Shown piece after piece: positions 9,141-16,780 of a stretch of DNA of 50,201 bases. Each line of letters begins with the position of its first letter. Positions within the stretch are counted from its first letter, which is position 1. A program made the position numbers and the translations under genes. The DNA is from Longimicrobium sp. (GTDB lineage: Bacteria > Gemmatimonadota > Gemmatimonadetes > Longimicrobiales > Longimicrobiaceae): assembly GCF_036387355.1 (NCBI RefSeq), contig NZ_DASVTX010000080.1:1-50201 (forward strand), in the 5' to 3' direction. The notes under the pieces were generated by a model that was not told where the DNA came from, did not search any database, and worked only from the letters and a program-made list of their open reading frames with translations.

Positions 9141-10187
9141 CTATGCCGTTGCGCCGCCGCAGCTTGAGCCGGCGCCGGCGGTGCATCCGAAGCAGTGCGG
9201 GCCCAGCACGATCTCGCGGTGGGCGAGCGCGTTCAGGTCGAAGTCAAAGATGGTGCGCGGGCCGCGCGGATCCACCGAAAGCTCCAGCATCTGGTTGAAG
9301 TCGCAGTCGTACAGCGTGCCTTCCCACCCCACGGAAAGCGTGTTGCGGCACATGACCCCCGCCGCGGCGGCCGGGTTGAAGGCCGTCACCAGCCGTTCCA
9401 TGTACTCGTTCAGCTTGCCGCTCTCCTCCAGGAACTCCAGGTAGCGGCTGATGGGCATGTTGGTGATGGTGAACAGCCGGTTGAAGCGGATGCCGTACAG
9501 CCGCTCCATCTGCCGCTTCCACTCCGCCTCCAGCCCCGCCTGGTTGCCCGGCAGAAAGGTGCCGACCGGGTTGGTGACCAGGTCCAGCTGCAGCCCCGTG
9601 GACGGATCGCCGTAGCCCAGCGCGTTGAGCCGCTGCAGCGCCTGGATGGACTCCCCGAACACGCCATCGCCGCGCTGCGCGTCCGTGCCCTTGGGCCGGT
9701 AGTGCGGCAGCGAGGCCACCACGTGCACCGCGTGCTCGGCAAAGAACTCGGGGAGATACGCGTAGTTGGGGAGCAGCGTAATGGTCAGGTTGCAGCGGTC
9801 CATCACATGCTTGCCGGCCGCCCGCGATCGCACCACCAGCTCCCGCCACCGCTTGTGCAGCTCCGGCGCGCCGCCGGTAATGTCGACGGTGGGGATGTCT
9901 GTCGCCTCGATCACCTCCAGGCACCGATCCATCACCGCGTCGGGCATCATTTCCGTGCGGTCCGGGCCCGCGTCCACGTGGCAGTGGCGGCAGGTCTGGT
10001 TGCACTTGCGGCCCACGTTGATCTGAAAGATGTCGATTCCCGTGGCCGTCAGGGGAAACAGCCCCGCGCCCTGCAGCGCCGACTCAAACGAGAGCGCCAC
10101 GGGCACCCGTCCCAGCATTCCACGCTGTTCGCGCGTGGACGACAGGGTGGAGGCGCGCTTCTGCAGCGTGGGAAGAACACGGGACAT
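9141..10187 (-). CDS. arsS: ArsS-family radical SAM protein (DUF3641 C-terminus)
   Basis: CNQTCRHC (CxxxCxxC), DITGGAPEL, CRNTLSVGWEGTLYDCDFNQ and C-terminal HCFGCTAGAGSSCGG. Confidence 0.85.
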   Translation of the reverse strand: MSRVLPTLQKRASTLSSTREQRGMLGRVPVALSFESALQGAGLFPLTATGIDIFQINVGRKCNQTCRHCHVDAGPDRTEMMPDAVMDRCLEVIEATDIPTVDITGGAPELHKRWRELVVRSRAAGKHVMDRCNLTITLLPNYAYLPEFFAEHAVHVVASLPHYRPKGTDAQRGDGVFGESIQALQRLNALGYGDPSTGLQLDLVTNPVGTFLPGNQAGLEAEWKRQMERLYGIRFNRLFTITNMPISRYLEFLEESGKLNEYMERLVTAFNPAAAAGVMCRNTLSVGWEGTLYDCDFNQMLELSVDPRGPRTIFDFDLNALAHREIVLGPHCFGCTAGAGSSCGGATA

Positions 10188-10222
10188 GATGGTTCGGCTC
10201 GGGGGAAAGTTCGGCACAGAGA

Positions 10223-10290
10223 AGTACCCAGGATCAAGTGCCCAGTGCCCAGGTGGTCCGGCTGGGCACTGCGCACTGAGCACTGGGCAC
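10223..10290. repeat. Short heptamer repeats (AGTGCCC / GGGCACT) in inverted arrangement
   Basis: agtgcccagtgccc...gggcactgcgcactgagcactgggcac between the CMD gene and arsS. Confidence 0.7.
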
Positions 10291-10300
10291 CGCCGTTCCT

Positions 10301-10648
10301 CTACATCCCCAGCCGGTCGGCGTGGTTCCGCATCTGCAGCCCGTGCACCAGCGAGGCGCCGCCGCGAATGGCGGCCGCCACGTGCACGGCTTCCGTCATC
10401 TGCTCCGTGTCCGCGCCCTTCTGCAGGCAGTCCGAAGAGTATGCGTCAATGCAGTACGGGCACTGGACGGCGTGCGCCACGGCCAGCGCGATCAGCGACT
10501 TTTCGCGCTCGGTCAGGGCACCTTCTGCGAACACCGCGGTGTACCAGGCAAAGAACTTCTCCGCCAGCTGCGGCGCGTCCTTGCCGATCTCGCTGAAACG
10601 CGGAAGATCATGCGAGTCGTAGTAGTGGGTGTGCGCGGGGGTTGACAT
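10301..10648 (-). CDS. Carboxymuconolactone decarboxylase/AhpD-like protein (arsenosugar-associated type)
   Basis: EKSLIALAVAHAVQCPYCIDAY (CxxC); immediately upstream of the ArsS-like gene. Confidence 0.85.
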   Translation of the reverse strand: MSTPAHTHYYDSHDLPRFSEIGKDAPQLAEKFFAWYTAVFAEGALTEREKSLIALAVAHAVQCPYCIDAYSSDCLQKGADTEQMTEAVHVAAAIRGGASLVHGLQMRNHADRLGM

Positions 10649-10773
10649 CGGCGTCCGTGAGGGTTCGGGGAGAACGCGCCGCACCTTGGGCGCAGGTTGT
10701 ACATCGTAACCGCGCCGACCCGCACGCCGCCACCCGCCGCACGCTTTCTGTTGCGAACGCACGCTGACCGCCC

Positions 10774-11184
10774 ATGATCCGCACCGACCGTTTCTCGCTG
10801 GAAAAGCACGCCGGCCCGTACGAAAGCTGGCCCCTGCGCACCCGCCTGTTCGCGGACGGGGAGCCGACGGACGTGCGCATTCCCGCGTACGTGATGCTGC
10901 ACCAGTTTCAGGTGGACGATGGATATCTGCTCATCGGCGACCAGGACTGCCCGTTCGAGGAGGCGACCGTGTTCGCGCTGCTGAGCCACGACCTGCGGCT
11001 GCTCTCGTGCCGCGTGGTGGGCCACGCCTACAACACCTTTCTGCTCACCGGGCTGGAGTGGGTGAACCCGCGCCAGCTGATTGCGTCCTTTGGCGATGAC
11101 CTCCGCATGCGCGTCACCATCCGCCCCCGCGGCATTCCCGTCATCCTTCCCCGCCTGCGCCTGGACCGCATCCGCGACCGCTGA
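10774..11184 (+). CDS. Hypothetical protein
   Basis: 136-aa ORF with normal codon usage filling the gap between genes. Confidence 0.7.
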   Translation: MIRTDRFSLEKHAGPYESWPLRTRLFADGEPTDVRIPAYVMLHQFQVDDGYLLIGDQDCPFEEATVFALLSHDLRLLSCRVVGHAYNTFLLTGLEWVNPRQLIASFGDDLRMRVTIRPRGIPVILPRLRLDRIRDR

Positions 11185-11334
11185 CGGTTCGCCCAAGGGC
11201 GGTTCATCCATCCAAGCGACGGCACGGCAACCAGATAGGCATGTCTGGCCGGGAGCTTGCAAAAGCGCCCGTCCTCGACGCGCGCGCTCCACGCACCGGG
11301 GCGCGGCACGGATGATGAAGAACCGGCGCCGCCT

Positions 11335-12492
11335 ATGGAATACGCACGGGACGAATTTCTCTTTCCGCTCTGGACCGAGCCCTACTCCCGCTGGGAGCGC
11401 TCCGGCCTGGACCCCCGGAAGGAATGGGTCTTCAACCGGGTGGCCACCCTGCTGGTGGCCGTGTTCCTTACCGGCTGGGTGTACACCATCGGGTTTGCGC
11501 CGCGCGCATACCTGGACCCCAACCAGCCCGCCGTGGCGCGCATCACCACGGAGCTGATGCGCAGCCCGCTGAACGCCGAAACGGCGCCCGAACCGGCGTT
11601 CCTGGTGGACCGCTTCGTTCAGTCGTTCGAGTCGGACTTCGAGGAGCAGGTGGGCGGGCAGAGCGGTGCGCTCAAGGTAGACATCGTGCGCCCGGGCGAG
11701 CAGATGCAGCTTCCGCAGGGGGCCGACTCGCTCCCCGGCGGCGCGCAGATCGTGCTGCGCAACACCGAGGGCGGGCAGGAGCTTCCGGCCAGCGGCACCA
11801 CGCGCGAGGGCGGCATCTGGAACGTGGCGCTGCGCATGCGCGACGCCGTGCGCCCCGCCTCGGACGTGCACGTCATCACCCTGGTGCCCCTTTCGGCCAA
11901 GCAGAACGGGCGCATCGGCCGGTACAACATCGGCAACTGGCCGTTCGAGCAGGGCGGCGCGCCCAAGGAAGTGTACCGGCCTCCGGCGGGGCTCATCGAG
12001 GTGACGCCCGAGAACAAGGAGCTCTGGCTTTCGGAGCACATCCAGCTCAAGGACTTCATCACCAAGGGCCAGGAAAACGTGTGGCCCAAGTACGTGGCGG
12101 TGCAGCCGCGCGTGCTGGACAAGGTGGAACTGGTGATTCAGGAGCTGGCCGCCATGGGGCACCCGGTTCAGAACATCTTTGCCGTGAGCGGGTTCCGCAC
12201 GCCCAACTACAACGCGGGCGGCGGCAACCCCACCGGGCGAGGCAAGCTGAGCCGGCACATGTACGGCGATGCCATGGACATTGCCGTGGACAACGACAAC
12301 AACGGCATCATGGACGACCTGAACGGGGACGGGCGCATCAACCTGGCCGACGCGCGGGTGATCGGCGCGGCGGTGGACCGGGTGGAGGCCAAGTACCCCA
12401 ACCTGGTGGGCGGAATGCACTACTATCCCCCCACGGGCGGGCACCAGGGGATGGTGCACATCGACACCCGGGGCTTTCGCGCGCGCTGGTAG
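11335..12492 (+). CDS. Peptidase M15-type metallopeptidase, membrane-anchored
   Basis: VSGFRTPNYN, SRHMYGDAMD and MVHIDTRG motifs; N-terminal TM helix. Start may be as far upstream as 11257. Confidence 0.85.
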   Translation: MEYARDEFLFPLWTEPYSRWERSGLDPRKEWVFNRVATLLVAVFLTGWVYTIGFAPRAYLDPNQPAVARITTELMRSPLNAETAPEPAFLVDRFVQSFESDFEEQVGGQSGALKVDIVRPGEQMQLPQGADSLPGGAQIVLRNTEGGQELPASGTTREGGIWNVALRMRDAVRPASDVHVITLVPLSAKQNGRIGRYNIGNWPFEQGGAPKEVYRPPAGLIEVTPENKELWLSEHIQLKDFITKGQENVWPKYVAVQPRVLDKVELVIQELAAMGHPVQNIFAVSGFRTPNYNAGGGNPTGRGKLSRHMYGDAMDIAVDNDNNGIMDDLNGDGRINLADARVIGAAVDRVEAKYPNLVGGMHYYPPTGGHQGMVHIDTRGFRARW

Positions 12493-12543
12493 CCCGGGCG
12501 CGCGCGGCGACGAGGGAACCCACACCAAGCCGAGGAGCACACG

Positions 12544-13053
12544 GTGGCGGATGACGGACGGGACACGGACCAGCTCCGGGTGGAGCGGCGGGATGAACCG
12601 CGCACGAGCAGCACGTACGTGGCGCCGGAGATGGACGTGCGCGACGAGGACCTGGAGCCGCACGCCGGGCTGCGCTACATCGCTCGGCTGTTCAAGATCC
12701 TGAGCCTGCTGCTCATCATTCTGCTGATCGCCGAAATCGTGATCGGGCTGATGGAGCAGGGCAACGCCGCCATTCCGCGGCTGCTGGTGGAGGCCACGCG
12801 GCTGATCGTGTTCGCCGGCCTGCTGTGGGGCGCCGCGGACATGGGGCTGATGCTGATCGAGAGCAACCACGACCTGCGCGCCACCCGCATTCTGGTGGGC
12901 CGGTTGAGCCAGCGGGTGCAGCGGGCGGAGCAGGCGCTGATGGCGTCGCAGGGCATCGGCCGCCCGCCGGTGATGCCGCGCACGCCTCCGCTTCCCGGCG
13001 CGCCCGGCCACGATCCGCGCGGCCCCGCCCCCGATGACCGCCGCCCGCGCTGA
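12544..13053 (+). CDS. Hypothetical membrane protein (2 TM)
   Basis: GTG start after GAGGAG; two hydrophobic helices and a Pro-rich tail. Confidence 0.75.
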   Translation: MADDGRDTDQLRVERRDEPRTSSTYVAPEMDVRDEDLEPHAGLRYIARLFKILSLLLIILLIAEIVIGLMEQGNAAIPRLLVEATRLIVFAGLLWGAADMGLMLIESNHDLRATRILVGRLSQRVQRAEQALMASQGIGRPPVMPRTPPLPGAPGHDPRGPAPDDRRPR

Positions 13054-13075
13054 CGGGGTGGGAGGATGGAAAGAG

Positions 13076-13109
13076 AAACGGCCGGAACCCCCGCGGGTTC
13101 CGGCCGTTT
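13076..13109. terminator. Bidirectional stem-loop terminator
   Basis: AAACGGCCGGAACCC-CCGC-GGGTTCCGGCCGTTT between convergent ORFs. Confidence 0.75.
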
Positions 13110-13129
13110 GATCGTTGGGGTCGTTGCGC

Positions 13130-13279
13130 TCAGCAGGCCATGTACTGACAGGTGGGCACAATGCACGCCGAGCTGCGGTCTTCACGCGTCCACGAGCCGC
13201 TGCGGGCCGGCTCGGCCTCGTTCTTCCGGCCGGCCGTGGCGAAGGTTTCCGCGGCGAGGATCTCAAGATCCAGCTTCAG
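13130..13279 (-). CDS. Second RiPP precursor-like peptide (CTG start, or degenerate)
   Basis: (M)KLDLEILAAETFATAGRKNEAEPARSGSWTREDRSSACIVPTCQYMAC. AGGAG lies 8 nt before CTG at 13279; the leader resembles that of 8544-8768; the stop is followed by a terminator. Confidence 0.5.
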   Translation of the reverse strand: MKLDLEILAAETFATAGRKNEAEPARSGSWTREDRSSACIVPTCQYMAC

Positions 13280-13430
13280 GAGCGTGTCTCCTGTTGCAGA
13301 ATGGCGGGCGCGGCATCTCCGCACCCCGCACCGTCCCCGAACTCTGCGGGAGTACGTCGAAGAAAGAGATCTATCCAGAGTGTTGGTGCGCCCGGGAAGA
13401 GGCGCGTCCACGCGGATTCCGCTGCCGGGT

Positions 13431-14927
13431 TCAGGGCATGATCACGGCTCGCGGCATGGCGTGCAGCCGGAGCAGCGCGGCTTCGGCCAGGCGGTCGGCG
13501 TCGCGGGCGCTCAGGGTGTGGTTGTTCACCATCATGCTGAAGATCATCGGCTCGCCCGCGGCCGTGGTGAAGTAGCCGGAGAGCGAGCGGACGCCGGACA
13601 GCGTGCCCGTCTTGGCGTGCACGTTCCCCTGCAGCGGCGTGCCCTGCATCCGCGCCCGCAGCGTGCCGTCCGAACCCGCCACGGGGAGCGCCGCGTAGAA
13701 GACGGATGACAGCGGGCTGCGGCGCTCGTGATCCAGCAGCGCCACCAGGAACGACGGCGCCACCAGGTTGTAGCGCGACAGGCCGGACCCGTCCGCCTGG
13801 GCCAGCAGGCGCCGCGGCAGCCCCCACGCCCGCGCCGCGCTGTCCACCACGGCGATCCCCGCCTGCGCCGTGCCCGCCCCGCGCAGTTCCGCACCCATGG
13901 TCTTGAGCAGCAGTTCGCCGATCTGGTTCTGGCTCGGCTTCATGAAGCCGGGAAGGATGTCGCGCAGCGGAACGGAAGTGTGCGTAAACAGGTCCGCCGC
14001 CGCGCGTCGCGCGGCCGGCGAAAGGTCATCCGCATCCACCGCCGCGCCGCCCACCGCGATTCCCGACTCCACCAGCGCATCGCGCAGCACCGCCGTGAAG
14101 TGCGCGGTGTTGTTGCGGAGGGAGATTTCTTCTTCGATGAACGCGGTGTCCGCCGCAATGGCGCCGCTCACGACGATCCCCGGCCCGCTCGCCGCGCGGG
14201 TGACCTGCAGCGTGCTTTCAGAACGGGCCGGGCCCGTGATGGCGGTGACGGTGACCGGAAGGGAGGAGCTTGCGGGGCGCAGCGTTACGGCCGGCGCCGC
14301 GCCCGCGCGGGGCTGCACGCGCACGGTCACGAAGCCCTCGTTCAGCTCCAGCGCGCCGATCTCGGCAGAGTAGGAGTCCTGCAGGTCGTCCCACGCCCAC
14401 CCGCGGCCGAACGGGACGTCGTCAAACCGGTCGTCATCGCCCACCACGCTGCCGGTAATGCGGGTGATGCCGCGGGCGCGCAGCGAGTCTGCCCAGGAGC
14501 GGAACACCGTCCGCACGTCGCCCGCGAACCGCTCGCTGATGGTGGGGTCGCCGCTGCCGATGACGACCAGGTCGCCCTGCAGCACGCCGCCGCGCACCGG
14601 CCCGGTGGCGGCCACCCGTGTGCGGTACCGGTAGTCCGCGCCCAGCGTTTCCAGCGCCGCCGCCGCGGTCACGATCTTCATGTTGCTGGCGGGGACGAAC
14701 AGCTTGTCGGCGTTGCGCGCGTAGACGGCCTCGCCCGTTTCTGCCGAGCGCACCAGCACGCCCCACTGCGCCGGCGCGAACAGGGTGTCGTTGAAGATGG
14801 AGTCCACCGCGGCTGCCACTGCGGTGCGCGGGTGGGCGGCCACCGGCGCGGGCCCGGACGCAAGGGCGGGTGCGCACGCGCCCAGCGCGGCCGCGGCCAG
14901 CAGGGCGGGGAAGGGACGCAGGCTCAT
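13431..14927 (-). CDS. dacB: D-alanyl-D-alanine carboxypeptidase/endopeptidase (peptidase S13, PBP4), lipoprotein
   Basis: PASNMK (SxxK), SQN, DGSGLSRYN and AKTGTL motifs; lipobox LGAC. Confidence 0.93.
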   Translation of the reverse strand: MSLRPFPALLAAAALGACAPALASGPAPVAAHPRTAVAAAVDSIFNDTLFAPAQWGVLVRSAETGEAVYARNADKLFVPASNMKIVTAAAALETLGADYRYRTRVAATGPVRGGVLQGDLVVIGSGDPTISERFAGDVRTVFRSWADSLRARGITRITGSVVGDDDRFDDVPFGRGWAWDDLQDSYSAEIGALELNEGFVTVRVQPRAGAAPAVTLRPASSSLPVTVTAITGPARSESTLQVTRAASGPGIVVSGAIAADTAFIEEEISLRNNTAHFTAVLRDALVESGIAVGGAAVDADDLSPAARRAAADLFTHTSVPLRDILPGFMKPSQNQIGELLLKTMGAELRGAGTAQAGIAVVDSAARAWGLPRRLLAQADGSGLSRYNLVAPSFLVALLDHERRSPLSSVFYAALPVAGSDGTLRARMQGTPLQGNVHAKTGTLSGVRSLSGYFTTAAGEPMIFSMMVNNHTLSARDADRLAEAALLRLHAMPRAVIMP

Positions 14928-14965
14928 GGCAGTCTTGAGGATGGGAATCGCGGCGATGCGCGGCG

Positions 14966-15562
14966 TCAGGCGCGGGGGGCGGCAAGCATGGCCTGCAGCC
15001 GCGCCCGCACCTGAGGCCAGTCGTCGTCCACGATGCCGAAGTACACGGTGTCGCGAATGACGCCGTGCTCGGAAATGGCGTGCTTCCGCAAGATGCCTTC
15101 CTCGCGCGCGCCGATGCGGGCGATGGCGCGGCGGGACTTCTGGTTCTGCGCGCTGGTCTTGAGCTCCACGCGCACGCAGCCCAGCGTCTCGAACGCGTGG
15201 CGCAGCATGAGGAACTTGGCTTCGGTGTTGATGGGCGAGCGCTGCCAGGGCGCGGCGATCCACGTCCACCCGATCTCCACGCGCCGGTGCCACGCCTCCA
15301 CGTTGCCGAACCGCGTGCTGCCGATGACCCTGCCCGTCGCCGCCTCCGTGGTGACGAACGGCAGCGCCGTCCCCTGCTCCTGAAGGCGCAGCGCGGCGTC
15401 CACGTACCGGCGCATGTCGTCGTGCGAGTGCACCTGCGTGAGGGTGTAGCGCCACAGCTCCGGATCGTCCGCGGCCTCCCACAGCGAGGGAACGTGCTCC
15501 GCCGTTATCGGCACCAGGCGCACGTGCGCCCCCTCCAGCACCACCGGCTCCAGCTTGATCAT
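14966..15562 (-). CDS. GNAT N-acetyltransferase (RimJ/RimL-like)
   Basis: VEIGWTWI, NTEAKFLMLRHAFE, RVELKT and GAREEGILRKH motifs. Confidence 0.9.
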   Translation of the reverse strand: MIKLEPVVLEGAHVRLVPITAEHVPSLWEAADDPELWRYTLTQVHSHDDMRRYVDAALRLQEQGTALPFVTTEAATGRVIGSTRFGNVEAWHRRVEIGWTWIAAPWQRSPINTEAKFLMLRHAFETLGCVRVELKTSAQNQKSRRAIARIGAREEGILRKHAISEHGVIRDTVYFGIVDDDWPQVRARLQAMLAAPRA

Positions 15563-15660
15563 CGCTCATCTCCGGATGCGTTGCGGATGCGAAGATGAGG
15601 AGCGGCGGCGGGTTGTGCAATCGCGGAGGGGCGGTGTGCCACGTTCGGTGGCAGGGGTCG

Positions 15661-15693
15661 AAAAAAAGGGAGAGCGGCGCGGCTCTCCCTTTT
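15661..15693 (-). terminator. Intrinsic terminator after the TA operon
   Basis: AAAAGGGAGAGC...GCTCTCCCTTTT hairpin with a T7 run on the minus strand. Confidence 0.8.
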
Positions 15694-15712
15694 CCGTCCG
15701 TCCATCACGCGA

Positions 15713-16186
15713 TCAGGTGTGCTTCTTGGCGGACGGGCAGACCTGGTGCTCCGGATCCCACCAGAGCACCCGGAACACGTGCTCGTCCATGATGCCCCAC
15801 ACCCGCCGCCGGCCGCTGATGCGCAACGAGAAGAGCTGGTCCACGTCGTCCTGGTGGATGCGGACCAGGCGCTCCTGCGCGTCCCGGCTCAGCTTCCCCA
15901 CCTCCACGCCGTGACTGCCCGTAGGTCCGTCGATTTCCTCCCAGGTCATCGACTCGAAGCTCTTCAGTTTCCCCAGCACCTCCACCAATCCGTCACCGTC
16001 GATGGTCCGCCAGCACCACGGCCCGCCCAGGTCCACGATGCGGAAGGCCCACGTGGGGGAACGGGCCCGTGGATTTGCAGGAATTGACCGTGGAGTGCGG
16101 TCTTCGCCGCGCGAAAGATTGGACCGCGGCTGCTTGCCGCGGTCCGGGACAGAAGCAGCAGGCCGCTTGCGCCCGCGGTCAGTCAC
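15713..16186 (-). CDS. Putative toxin (PanT, RelE-like) of a Panacea TA pair
   Basis: LFSLRISGRRRVWG...FRVLWWDPEHQVCPS; 8-nt overlap (GTGACTGA) with the antitoxin gene. Confidence 0.75.
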   Translation of the reverse strand: MTDRGRKRPAASVPDRGKQPRSNLSRGEDRTPRSIPANPRARSPTWAFRIVDLGGPWCWRTIDGDGLVEVLGKLKSFESMTWEEIDGPTGSHGVEVGKLSRDAQERLVRIHQDDVDQLFSLRISGRRRVWGIMDEHVFRVLWWDPEHQVCPSAKKHT

Positions 16187-16628
16187 GGTCCTCGTCGGCG
16201 GGAAGCGTGCTGTAGTACTCCATCATGCTTTCCAGGCTGATGACCCGGTCGCTTCGCTCGCCGTCGGGCACTCCCTGCCGCGCCTGCCGCCAAGGCGACT
16301 CGCGGTGCGTGAGATCCGAAAGCCACTGCGCGCTTCGCGGCGCGTAGTAGCCCAGGACCGCGTCAATGGTTTCGCGCGCCTTTTCGTCCAGCACGGTTGC
16401 GTCGCCGTACGGCCACTCGCGCACGTCGAACTGCCCGCGGTGCCGCGCGTAGAGTTCCCGCACGACCGGCCCGTTGGCCCAGGCCTGGATGGGTTCGTGG
16501 AACAGCGCGCGGTCGTCCCACACCAGGGACCAGGCCTGGGAGTAGTAGACCAGCTTCTGCAGCTTCATCGCGGAAATCGGGCTGTGCCGTTCCAGGATGT
16601 ACGCCGCAACATCGTGAGCGGATGCCAT
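16179..16628 (-). CDS. Panacea domain (SocA/DUF4065) antitoxin
   Basis: SAMKLQKLVYYSQAW, IQAWANGPVVRELY and LSDLTHRESPW motifs. Confidence 0.92.
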   Translation of the reverse strand: MASAHDVAAYILERHSPISAMKLQKLVYYSQAWSLVWDDRALFHEPIQAWANGPVVRELYARHRGQFDVREWPYGDATVLDEKARETIDAVLGYYAPRSAQWLSDLTHRESPWRQARQGVPDGERSDRVISLESMMEYYSTLPADEDRD

Positions 16629-16669
16629 GCTCGCCCCCTCGCCCGTGCACCGAATATCACCCGAAAACG

Positions 16670-16698
16670 AATCTACCCACACCAAACCAGCCAGTCAA
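16670..16698 (-). promoter_or_regulatory. sigma70 promoter of the Panacea TA operon
   Basis: TTGACT (16698-16693), 17-bp spacer, TAGATT (16675-16670). Confidence 0.7.
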
Positions 16699-16780
16699 GA
16701 CCGGACACTGTGGTCATCCATTCAGGCTCTTAAACCGGGATGCCGCGGGGTCGGCTGGAGCGAACCGGCGCGCCCAGGGC

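Noticed and set aside
9141-9185. Possible selenocysteine at the ArsS C-terminal GSSxGG motif
   Set aside because: The codon is TGC (Cys) and the ORF ends at TAG, so no recoding is needed.
10513-13266. 917-aa minus-strand ORF, and similar ones at 16397-19027, 31289-33382, 39390-42407 and 46550-48718
   Set aside because: Antisense to well-supported genes; stop-codon scarcity from GC3 bias explains them.
13431-15620. 729-aa ORF suggesting a GNAT-DacB fusion
   Set aside because: GNAT is in a different frame with its own stop, and DacB begins with its own lipoprotein signal at 14927.
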